A stretch of DNA of 64,000 nt, taken from the NCBI GenBank assembly GCA_934097085.1, contig CAKONK010000002.1, positions 8,496-72,495 of the forward strand. Reading direction: 5' to 3'. The notes beneath the pieces are model-generated. The model had not been told where the DNA came from and ran no database searches. It saw nothing but the letters and a program-made list of their open reading frames with translations. The translations under genes were made by a program, and so were the position numbers. The stretch's first letter is position 1, and every line of letters begins with the position of its first letter. Origin of the DNA: an uncultured Bacilli bacterium. Its GTDB lineage: Bacteria > Bacillota_I > Bacilli_A > RF39 > UBA660. This document shows, one piece after another, positions 18,396 through 26,861 of the stretch.

Positions 18396-18408
18396 TTAGT
18401 TACCACTG
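18380..18408. repeat. Left junction (att): 9-bp core TCGCCACCT plus terminal inverted repeat
   Basis: The core is at 18380-18388. GAGTTTAGTTACCACT at 18392-18407 matches 14 of 16 positions of the reverse complement of 26873-26888. Confidence 0.8.
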
Positions 18409-18989
18409 TTAATTAATTTATTTTTTGTTCCAGCTGTAGCAATCGTATAAGCTAAATATACCATTATAATTTGATATAAAATAATATTTACTATAACATT
18501 TATTATAGTTGGTATTTTACACCCTATAAACCCAAATAAACCAGCTAACGCTAAACAAAATATTCCACTCCAAAAATTAGTCCAAGTTCTTTTACCTTTT
18601 GATTTATCCTTTGTGAAAGGCAATATAATTCCTACTAGTACAAACATCCATGCACTAGATATAAATTTTATATTATTATTTTTATTAGAATCTTCAGTGA
18701 TAAAAATATTGTTTAAATAATTATTTTCTTTATCAGATATTTCCTCCAATATAGAATTGTATTCGTCCTTTAATTTATCATTTTTATCTAATTTTTCTTC
18801 TTCTATATTAGTTATCTTTTCTAATATTTCTATCCTATTAGAAACCCTTTTATAATACAGCAAATTAGCATCAATAATTGGATAAAATACAATTAATAGC
18901 AAAATTACAAGAATAAATATCCAAGCAATACGTTTATAATTTTTTGAATTTTTTAATACACCTAATAAAATCTCCTTCATTAAATTCAC
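18396..18989 (-). CDS. Membrane protein (N-terminal TM, coiled-coil, 3 C-terminal TM), unknown function
   Basis: 197-aa ORF and the last gene before the left junction. Its stop, TAA at 18396-18398, is what closes the amidase frame. Confidence 0.5.
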   Translation of the reverse strand: MNLMKEILLGVLKNSKNYKRIAWIFILVILLLIVFYPIIDANLLYYKRVSNRIEILEKITNIEEEKLDKNDKLKDEYNSILEEISDKENNYLNNIFITEDSNKNNNIKFISSAWMFVLVGIILPFTKDKSKGKRTWTNFWSGIFCLALAGLFGFIGCKIPTIINVIVNIILYQIIMVYLAYTIATAGTKNKLINSGN

Positions 18990-19021
18990 ATCCTTTAATT
19001 ATAAAATAGTCTTTTTCATAG

Positions 19022-19741
19022 TTACCATAACCAAGGTTGCTCAAAACAATCATAAGCATCATCTGGGGATACAGCCTGTCTAAGTTCTTTATATGATATT
19101 GCATATGGTGGATATACATTATTTTTTTCATAAAAGAAAGGTTGTTCCCAATAATTATGATTTTGATCTTCAAACAAAAATGCTAATGTAGAACTCAAAA
19201 GTGTATAAGGTTGCCTATTTTTTTCAAAATAAACTCTTATTTTAACACTTTCATCTACCCTTATTTTTTTATCATAACAATAACTATACCATACGCTTTC
19301 GTTATCAACTAAATTATCTAATAATTCATAATCACATAATATAATGCCTCTTTTATTTGTTGAAATTATATCTAAACAATCAATATCGCTTTTTCCGATA
19401 TTCTTTATAACAATATCTTTATAGTCATGATTATCTTTATTTTTTATACTTTTGGGATAAACTATTTTATATTTCTTTCCTTCATTATATTTAACATCGA
19501 AAGTTCCAATAAAGATTTCCATATCTATATTAAATTTACACGTAGTATTTTCAATAAACAATTCTGGCTTATTTTCAAATTGCTTTTGTCTTTCTTGCCT
19601 TTCAATTTCTTTTTTTCTTTGTTTTTCTTCCTTTTTATTAAAATACATCGTAGAAATAAAATTTAATATCCAACCAACAACAATACCTATTAAAGTAGCT
19701 AAAAAACTATTACTGTTTATATAGTCAAACAAAGATTTCAT
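19022..19741 (-). CDS. Membrane-anchored protein (N-terminal TM plus charged helix plus unknown globular domain)
   Basis: 239-aa ORF directly downstream of the recombinase gene. No motif recognised. Confidence 0.5.
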   Translation of the reverse strand: MKSLFDYINSNSFLATLIGIVVGWILNFISTMYFNKKEEKQRKKEIERQERQKQFENKPELFIENTTCKFNIDMEIFIGTFDVKYNEGKKYKIVYPKSIKNKDNHDYKDIVIKNIGKSDIDCLDIISTNKRGIILCDYELLDNLVDNESVWYSYCYDKKIRVDESVKIRVYFEKNRQPYTLLSSTLAFLFEDQNHNYWEQPFFYEKNNVYPPYAISYKELRQAVSPDDAYDCFEQPWLW

Positions 19742-19780
19742 AATATCATCTCCTTGACTATATATTATATCATTAAAAAT

Positions 19781-21436
19781 TTATTTTTTACCATTTTTTC
19801 CATAAGGATTTCTAATTAAATACCTATTTTCATACATAAAATTAATTTCTGGTATTACATCATATTTAAATATAATATTTATGTTTCTATTTTCATCAAT
19901 TACTATCTTATCTATTAAAGTATTTATTAGCTCTTTTTTAGTTTTTTTTAAATCTAATAGTTCTTTTATTTTCTTGGTATAATCTGGCATTATATTTGCT
20001 TTATTCTTTATGTTTTTCTTTTTTATTTTTTCTTCTTCAATTATATTATTAATCTTTTTTAATTTAGTTTCTGATTCAACAGATAATTCTTTATATAATT
20101 CTGTCGAAATTATATTATTACATCTATCACTGTATAAAGTAGATAATTTATTCATAATTTGTTCTTTTTCTTTTAATAAATCATTTATTTTTTTATCTAT
20201 ATCTTCTGTTTCTTTATAAACATTTTTTTGTACTTCTTTATTTAATTCTCCTATATCTAGTTCTTTTATAAATTTTGATACTGAATTATTAAATTGCTCT
20301 AATATTTGTTCTTCTAAATAATCATAAGGATAAAAGTGTGAACTACATCTTCCTCTTTTTGGATCTCTAGAATATCTATTACAATTAATAGACCAATAAT
20401 TAAGTTTCTTTCTATAATAAACAGATAATCTATTACCACACTCTTTACAAAATATTTTTCCTTCTAAAATTCTTTTTGGTCTTTCTGTTTTTAAACTATA
20501 ATTTCTAGTTTTTCTTTTTCCTAAAGAATTAACATATTTAAAAGTTTCTTTATCTACTAATGGTTCATGAGTATCTTCAACTATTACCCATAAACTTTCA
20601 TCTAAAGTTATTTTCTTCTTTGATTTATAATTTACTTTTGTTTGAGTATGTTGAACCATATCTCCAGTATAAATTCTATTACTTAAAATTTTCTTTACTG
20701 TTGATATATTCCAACTATCTCTATCAATCAATCTAGAAGAATAATTTGTTTTCTTATATCCTGCCGGTGTGGGTACATTCATATTATTTAATCTTGTTGC
20801 TATTTCTGTTGGTCCTATTCCTTCTGCTCTCCACTTAAATATATTTTTTACAATTGGTGCAGTTTCTGGATTAGGTATTAAATGTCCTTTATCCAAAGGA
20901 TCTCTCATATATCCATAACTAGGCCCACTTCCTATAAATTTACCATTCTTTCTTTTATCATTTAATACATTTCTTATCTTAATAGAATTTTGTTTACTAT
21001 AATAATCATTACAAGCAATTATAAATGTTGAAGAATCATTACTAGCTTGATTTTTAAAACTATCATATGATTCTAATATTGATATAAATCTTATATTATT
21101 TTCAGGAAAAAATGTTTCAATATAATATCCTGTCATAACATGATCTCTACCAAATCTAGATAAATCTTTAACTACTACACAATTTATCTTTTTTTGTTTT
21201 ATATCCTCTAACATTTTTTGAAATCCTGGTCTATCAAAATTAGTACCAGAATATCCATCGTCTACATATTCTCCACATAGAATAAAATTATTATTTTTAA
21301 CATAACTTCTTAGTAATTCTTTTTGATTAATAACACTTTCACTATCAGATTCATATTTTTTATCTTTATCTTCTTGAGATAATCTTATATAGATTCCAGC
21401 ATTGAAATCTATTTCAGTTAAGTAAGTATTATACAT
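19781..21436 (-). CDS. Large serine recombinase (resolvase catalytic domain, recombinase domain, zinc ribbon, coiled-coil)
   Basis: AGIYIRLSQEDKD (catalytic Ser context), DDGYSGTNFDRPGFQKML, VVVKDLSRFGRD, the zinc-ribbon cysteines CKECGNRL...CNRYSRDPKRGRCSSH, and a long K/E-rich coiled-coil C-terminal region. Total 551 aa. Confidence 0.92.
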   Translation of the reverse strand: MYNTYLTEIDFNAGIYIRLSQEDKDKKYESDSESVINQKELLRSYVKNNNFILCGEYVDDGYSGTNFDRPGFQKMLEDIKQKKINCVVVKDLSRFGRDHVMTGYYIETFFPENNIRFISILESYDSFKNQASNDSSTFIIACNDYYSKQNSIKIRNVLNDKRKNGKFIGSGPSYGYMRDPLDKGHLIPNPETAPIVKNIFKWRAEGIGPTEIATRLNNMNVPTPAGYKKTNYSSRLIDRDSWNISTVKKILSNRIYTGDMVQHTQTKVNYKSKKKITLDESLWVIVEDTHEPLVDKETFKYVNSLGKRKTRNYSLKTERPKRILEGKIFCKECGNRLSVYYRKKLNYWSINCNRYSRDPKRGRCSSHFYPYDYLEEQILEQFNNSVSKFIKELDIGELNKEVQKNVYKETEDIDKKINDLLKEKEQIMNKLSTLYSDRCNNIISTELYKELSVESETKLKKINNIIEEEKIKKKNIKNKANIMPDYTKKIKELLDLKKTKKELINTLIDKIVIDENRNINIIFKYDVIPEINFMYENRYLIRNPYGKNGKK

Positions 21437-21701
21437 TCAATCCTCCAATCTTCTTACTTGACTGAGTATTAAGACAATTTAATAATACCGCATTATAAAA
21501 AAAATTACAGCGCATTATTTTCTTTTTCTATCTCTTCGATAAGATATTTTAAAATAAGATCTTTAAAAGTTATATTATTTTCATTCATAACAACACCTAC
21601 TTAAAGTTATGTTGTTTTTAGTTGTTTTATTATTATTTAAATTCATTTTATCCCCCTTTTATTCAATAAAAAATCCCTATATTATTTTTATATAAGGATT
21701 A

Positions 21702-21908
21702 TTATTCATTTATAACTGAATCAATATTTTTTATAATATATTCCATTAATAAAGTTTCCATTATAGATTGTATTGTAATTTTTTTATTTTCTAAAACTCT
21801 TTTAAGAGCCATTTTTGTATGATCATCAATTCTAAATTTAACTTGATTATTCTTTGCTAAAGCCATTTTTTCACTCTCCTTTCTAAAAATTGGTACTATT
21901 GTATGCAC
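21702..21908 (-). CDS. Small ribbon-helix-helix-like DNA-binding protein (candidate element regulator)
   Basis: The probable start is at MALAKNNQVKFRIDDHTKMALKRVLENKKITIQSIMETLLMEYI, a beta-strand plus two helices. RBS AGGAGAG lies upstream. A terminator hairpin lies just downstream (about 21665-21700). Confidence 0.4.
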   Translation of the reverse strand: MHTIVPIFRKESEKMALAKNNQVKFRIDDHTKMALKRVLENKKITIQSIMETLLMEYIIKNIDSVINE

Positions 21909-21974
21909 ATTAAATTTTTAAACACTATTTTAGGAAAAGGATTTTGATAAAGCAGGATAAACCTGTTTACAAAC

Positions 21975-21993
21975 AACTCACCAGTGGTGAGTT
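21975..21993. repeat. Perfect 19-bp palindrome built from two copies of the element-end (att arm) motif
   Basis: The palindrome is AACTCACCA-G-TGGTGAGTT. TGGTGAGTTT (21985-21994) is identical to 18388-18397 at the left junction. The half-site AAACTCACC corresponds to the right-end arm AAACTC(GC)CACC (26883-26894). Confidence 0.7.
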
Positions 21994-22049
21994 TTACCTT
22001 ATTTTATAAGCATTTATAAAATTAAGTAGTGTTTACACTTTTCATATTT

Positions 22050-22109
22050 GTTATACAATTGTATACTTTTGATTCCTTATATTATAAGGGGCGTTATACA
22101 ACTGTACAC
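22050..22109. promoter_or_regulatory. Two 17-bp operator-like repeats
   Basis: GTTATACAATTGTATAC (22050-22066; the core TATACAATTGTATA is a perfect palindrome) and GTTATACAACTGTACAC (22093-22109), with starts 43 bp apart. Further TTGTAT-containing repeats are AAATGTTGTAT at 22331-22341 and 22354-22364. Confidence 0.5.
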
Positions 22110-22504
22110 ATTTTTTAAAATAACTAACTATGTTTTTTGGTACTAAAAATATAAAATTATAATTAAAACTTAGTACCAAACTTTTTATATTGAATTTAAA
22201 GGGGGATTTTAGAATATGAAAAAAGCATTGACCTTTTCTGTAAGGCCAATGCTATAAATACATATAATTGCATTATTATTTCATATTCTACTATATTGTA
22301 TCACATGATTGTCGAAAATCAATTAGTAATAAATGTTGTATTAATCTTGAGAAAAATGTTGTATAAAATCTCTATAAAACCTTATAAATACTGCATTTAT
22401 ATAAATAGATACTTTAATAGATTCTATGTTATTGACAGGTATATGTAATTTTTAATTACTAAATTTTTACCAAAATAATACTGGAACTATAACAATTTTT
22501 TATA

Positions 22505-22897
22505 TTATTTATAATTCCATATTCCCAACTGGCCTTTTACTTTTATTGGAGTAATGGGTTTCACATCTTCCAAAACCCTTGCATATCTTCCAACTTCATA
22601 ATGACCTGCAATAAAATTATTTTTGTTTTTTTCTTTCTCTTTTTTTATAAACTATTCTGTCATATAAATACAATCAACTAAATTACACTTACATATTATA
22701 TGTCCATAATTAAGTTCATCTTCATTATATAGTTCAGATAATCCTTTTCTTTCTTTTACTTCTTTTCTTATTTTTGCAACTCCAGCTTGTATGTATAATT
22801 CTCCACGATAATTAGTTTTCCAACTTCTTGTTTCAATATATTTAACTTTATTTTTTATCAATGTAGCAAAGGGTTCTTTAATTGTTAATACTTTCAT
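22505..22897 (-). pseudogene. ASCH-domain protein gene interrupted by one in-frame TAG
   Basis: The track ORF (81 aa) ends ...CIYMTE at a TAG. The same frame continues FIKKEKEKNKNNFIAGHYEVGRYARVLEDVKPITPIKVKGQLGIWNYK and then TAA (22505-22507). This is the expected ASCH C-terminus. TAG is a genuine stop elsewhere in the window (for example at the end of rplB). Confidence 0.65.
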
Positions 22898-22914
22898 AAA
22901 CTATATTACTCATT

Positions 22915-24054
22915 TTAATCTAAAACTGCTTGTTTTAAGTCTGAAGCCAATTTATTCATAGAGTCATTTAATTTATCAATATCATGCTTTGACATAAAAT
23001 ATTCTTCACCATCATTACTACTTCTATCTAAAATATCAAATGTAATTCTATAAACATGATCACTTAATAAATTATTGTTTTGCCACATACAATCTTTTTT
23101 AGCTTTAATATAAAAATTATTTTTATTAATCTTTAATATATCAATATCTTCTGGTGATGAAACATAAAAACCTGTTGTTCTTACTTTTTTACTATTTTTA
23201 TATGTAATACCTTCTTCATCTACCTTTTCATACCAGTTAGAATTAAAATAATATAATCCATTTTCATTTTTGATACAATAATCCAGCAAATTACCACGAT
23301 ACGCATCTTTTAAAGCATTATTAGTTTGATATTCTTCACATGCTTTTATATATTCAATGCTAACACGTGACTCACATTTAACAGCCTTTTTCATAAAATC
23401 TTCTGCTGTCGTAACTACTAACAATTTTACAGAACCTAATGTTTTATCTGATAACTCAACTTTATGAGGTTGCGCTATATTACCTTCATCGTTTGAAATT
23501 ATAAATATTTTATCATCCATATGTAAATCTAAGAAAATCTGTTTTGAAAATAACGCTTTATTTAATAGTGGTATTAAGTAATCTACTCTAAAATTTGCCT
23601 CAGCCATTACTAAGTATTTTTGATCATAACCTTGATTTCTTAAAGAAATCATATATTGATTTTTTTTGAATGTCTTAACCTCTATTTGTGGTCTTTTTTC
23701 TATTGGAAACCAGTGATTATCAAACTTTACGAATGGAATAGCTCTCTTTTTATATTTTATTCCAATAACATCTGGAGCAATCCCCGCAGTTTTAGGATTA
23801 TAATCATAATAATCAGTAATTACTTCAACTTTTTCACCTTTAAAAACTTGAGGTAAAATAATTTTATTAAATAAAACACTTTCTGGAATTATATTTATCC
23901 ATCTATCAAAAATTCCACCCATATAATCTGCTTTAGATGTTAAAGCACCTTGCATAGGTCTATCACCTTGCATTTGTGTTAAATTAGCAATAAAATATAC
24001 TGCCTTTTTAGCATCATTAATACTTATTTTTACTTCATTCATACTAACCTCCAA
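22915..24054 (-). CDS. Candidate type II restriction endonuclease (PD-(D/E)xK-like motif)
   Basis: 379 aa, starting 3 nt after the C5-methyltransferase stop. IAPDVIGIKY ... QIEVKTFKK fits PD...ExK. No other family is recognised. Confidence 0.5.
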   Translation of the reverse strand: MEVSMNEVKISINDAKKAVYFIANLTQMQGDRPMQGALTSKADYMGGIFDRWINIIPESVLFNKIILPQVFKGEKVEVITDYYDYNPKTAGIAPDVIGIKYKKRAIPFVKFDNHWFPIEKRPQIEVKTFKKNQYMISLRNQGYDQKYLVMAEANFRVDYLIPLLNKALFSKQIFLDLHMDDKIFIISNDEGNIAQPHKVELSDKTLGSVKLLVVTTAEDFMKKAVKCESRVSIEYIKACEEYQTNNALKDAYRGNLLDYCIKNENGLYYFNSNWYEKVDEEGITYKNSKKVRTTGFYVSSPEDIDILKINKNNFYIKAKKDCMWQNNNLLSDHVYRITFDILDRSSNDGEEYFMSKHDIDKLNDSMNKLASDLKQAVLD

Positions 24055-24056
24055 AA

Positions 24057-25217
24057 TTATTCAGACATATCTGATTTTTCTAATAGTTCTAACAAGTCAG
24101 TAGCAAGCATTTGTATTACTGGAACAGAAACTGCATTTCCTGCTTGTTTATATAGTTGAGAATCGGGATATGGCCTTCCATTTATAACCGTAGGTAATTT
24201 GTATCCATTATCAATAGGAAAGCCCTGTAATTTAAAAGTTTCTTTTGGTGTTAACTTTCTGATACCATCATTTACTTTTATCAAAGGCACATTATGACCA
24301 CCAGTACCCATATTTGCTGTAAGTGTGGGGCAAACACCACTTTGGTTTTTTCTTACATACATACCTCTTCTACATTGATAAAATTCGTACATTTCATCAA
24401 TTTGTGTATTTAAATTTATTTTTTCTTTTTTATTAGATTTTTCAAATTCTTCATCTGACATAAAATAGTTTGGATATTTTTCTTTTGTATAATAATACTT
24501 AGTTGCATTTTCTTTTGTCAAATTATAATCAATAACCTTTTTTATATCTTTAATTCTTGATGCTTTATCTTTCTTCTTTATCCTACTTTCAATATCCTTA
24601 AATATTTCAAAATTTTTTATATCATTTTCATTTAATAATCCTATAATGTATATTCTTTCTCTATTTTGTGGTACATCAGTATAGTCCATAGTATTTAATA
24701 CTTTTTCAAAAACTGTATATCCACAATCTTCTAGTTTTTGTTTTATATGTACATAAGTTTTTTTATTATCATGAGCCTGCAAATTTTTCACATTTTCAAG
24801 AAATAATACACGTGGCTTATGAAATTTTTCACCCAGTTGTTCAATTAAATCTATAATATTTAAAAATAAATTTCCTCTATCATCTTCAAACCCTTTGCGC
24901 TCACCAGCAATACTGAATGCTTGACAAGGAAAACCACCATTCAAAATATCTATCGGTTCACTTAATATTTTATCATGTAATTTTTGATAATATTTTTGTT
25001 GTGCTTTATCTGTTGCTTGTTCTGGATGAAGTACTAATTTTATATCACCTTCTAGTAATTGATGTGAAAAATTAGTTCTATATGTTTCACATGCATATTC
25101 ATCTATTTCATTTGCCCAAAGCAATTTATATTTAGATTTTTTCGTCTTTGCATTTTTAAAACCTAAGCATATTCCACCAACGCCTGCAAATAAACTTCCA
25201 ACCTTATATTCAACCAT
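24057..25217 (-). CDS. dcm: DNA (cytosine-5)-methyltransferase
   Basis: The canonical C5-MTase motifs are present: I GSLFAGVGG, IV GGFPCQAFSIAG, VI FLENVKNL, VIII QNRERIYIIG, X AGNAVSVPV. Confidence 0.92.
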   Translation of the reverse strand: MVEYKVGSLFAGVGGICLGFKNAKTKKSKYKLLWANEIDEYACETYRTNFSHQLLEGDIKLVLHPEQATDKAQQKYYQKLHDKILSEPIDILNGGFPCQAFSIAGERKGFEDDRGNLFLNIIDLIEQLGEKFHKPRVLFLENVKNLQAHDNKKTYVHIKQKLEDCGYTVFEKVLNTMDYTDVPQNRERIYIIGLLNENDIKNFEIFKDIESRIKKKDKASRIKDIKKVIDYNLTKENATKYYYTKEKYPNYFMSDEEFEKSNKKEKINLNTQIDEMYEFYQCRRGMYVRKNQSGVCPTLTANMGTGGHNVPLIKVNDGIRKLTPKETFKLQGFPIDNGYKLPTVINGRPYPDSQLYKQAGNAVSVPVIQMLATDLLELLEKSDMSE

Positions 25218-25359
25218 ATGTACCTCCTTTCTAATTTTTATGTGTTAATATAATTATAACATAAAAACTAACTATTTTTTCTCTAATGTGATTTTTATAT
25301 TCAAAAATCATAAAAAAAGAAAGAAATCAATCTTCCTTTTTTCATATAATACTTATAAT

Positions 25360-26124
25360 TTAGAATATAGTATTACATTTTAAAATAATTTCTTCAGCTT
25401 TTAACATCCCTTTGGGAGAAATTGTACATTTCTCATTATCATATTCTATATATTTTTCATTATGCATTTGTTTTAATAACTTCTTAAATGTAGTTTTATT
25501 AGAATATTCTACATTTTTTATAAGTTCATCAACCACCATAGTATCATTAATATAAAGAATAATAAGAATTTTATCACAACATTTCATATTATTATCTAAT
25601 ATCCTAAATTTATCTTCAACACACCAAAGCAAATCAATCTCTTTATTAATTATTGAATCTATATTTTTTTGACATTCGGTCATATCTTCTTTTGAGAAAA
25701 CCCTATATAATTCTGCCAAAATCCATTTTGCACTTGATAATAATAAATTGGCATCCATTTTATTAGGAATAATATCGTTTTTGTGAATTGCTCCTCTTTT
25801 ATTTCTAATACAATACATAGCATATAATACCCTAGGAATTATTACTCTAATATTTTCTTCTACATTTTGAACATTTTCCCATTTAATTAAAATTGTTTCA
25901 TTAAAATTATTCAATTTATTTTTTAATGGTGTATAACTACCCGTTATCATATATTCAATAATTCTGTAAACAGTTTCATTAAATTGTCCCATTTCATTAA
26001 TAAAATACTGCCAATTTCCTTTAGAATATTCCTTTAAGCCTTTACAATAAGAATCAAATAATCCATTTGATAAATCGAGTGGAATTTCATTATCAAAAGT
26101 GTTCTTTATATTAGATACATTCAT
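25360..26124 (-). CDS. Unknown protein with a HEPN-like RNxxxxxH motif and a C-terminal winged-helix-like region
   Basis: 254 aa. CIRNKRGAIHKND resembles the Rx4-6H motif of HEPN/Abi_C-type domains. The C-terminal ...LIKNVEYSNKTTFKKLLKQMHNEKYIEYDNEKCTISPKGML looks like a wHTH. Its start lies 2 nt after the upstream gene's stop. Confidence 0.4.
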   Translation of the reverse strand: MNVSNIKNTFDNEIPLDLSNGLFDSYCKGLKEYSKGNWQYFINEMGQFNETVYRIIEYMITGSYTPLKNKLNNFNETILIKWENVQNVEENIRVIIPRVLYAMYCIRNKRGAIHKNDIIPNKMDANLLLSSAKWILAELYRVFSKEDMTECQKNIDSIINKEIDLLWCVEDKFRILDNNMKCCDKILIILYINDTMVVDELIKNVEYSNKTTFKKLLKQMHNEKYIEYDNEKCTISPKGMLKAEEIILKCNTIF

Positions 26125-26125
26125 A

Positions 26126-26716
26126 TTAAACAGATTTGCAATATTCTATAAGCATATTTTGGGCTAAAGAAAATTTAGAAGCCATTAAAATGATTTTGTT
26201 ACTTTCATATTTTAACCACTCGCAATTTTTATAAGATCTTGTAGCATTATTTGAAGAAATATTTAATTGTTTTAATACAGCAATGACATCTTTTTGCATT
26301 ACATCTCCTAAATTAGCGCTTTTTTTCCATAAAGCTAAAATTGTCCCTACTATTACTACATCAGGCAGTGCTCTTTTATTTGCAAACTGTTTTTTATAAT
26401 TTTCCCAAGTTTTCATATCTAAATGAATAAATGGTGTTTCCATAGTCGGATTAAGAGCATCTTTAATTAAATCCACTTCTATATCAATTTCTTTCGCAAA
26501 TTTTTCAACCGGAGATAAAATAGCCTTGCTCTCGTTATCTTTATTTTCGCTTTTATTTATAGCATTCAAAGGTTGAGAGTCATTGCACTTAATACTACTT
26601 AATACACTTTGCCATAATATTAAATTATTACTAGTTGCCACGACCTTATCATCTACATATAAAACTGTTTTAAAAATAGGCTCGTTTTCATTCATTTCTA
26701 TACACCTCCCTAACAT
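26126..26716 (-). CDS. Unknown protein, first gene of the two-gene cassette
   Basis: 196-aa ORF. The likely true start is MNENEPIF, with RBS GGGAGGTG. No motif recognised. Confidence 0.45.
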   Translation of the reverse strand: MLGRCIEMNENEPIFKTVLYVDDKVVATSNNLILWQSVLSSIKCNDSQPLNAINKSENKDNESKAILSPVEKFAKEIDIEVDLIKDALNPTMETPFIHLDMKTWENYKKQFANKRALPDVVIVGTILALWKKSANLGDVMQKDVIAVLKQLNISSNNATRSYKNCEWLKYESNKIILMASKFSLAQNMLIEYCKSV

Positions 26717-26740
26717 TTTAAAATAAACGATTGCAACTAT

Positions 26741-26794
26741 ATTATTACATAGTAAAAGTTTTTTGTCAACCTTAAAGGTTATTTTTGTAACCTT
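26741..26794 (-). promoter_or_regulatory. Promoter with overlapping AACCTT/AAGGTT inverted-repeat operator
   Basis: On the minus strand, TTGACA (26769-26764) is followed after a 16-17-nt spacer by TAATAAT. Half-sites are AACCTT (26768-26773), AAGGTTA (26775-26781) and TAACCTT (26788-26794). Confidence 0.5.
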
Positions 26795-26861
26795 TTTTGT
26801 TTATTTTTTAAACATTAGCGTTGGTTTTGCGCTTTTATAATTTTAATATCCTAATACCCAA

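Noticed and set aside
18934-19173. 79-aa minus-strand ORF bridging the two membrane-protein genes.
   Set aside because: It overlaps both neighbouring longer ORFs in another frame and has no RBS. It is probably spurious.
22215-22256. 13-codon plus-strand ORF (MKKALTFSVRPML) behind a good RBS (AAGGGGGA) in the element's intergenic region.
   Set aside because: It is too short to evaluate and there is no downstream plus-strand gene for it to regulate. I noted it only as part of the regulatory region.
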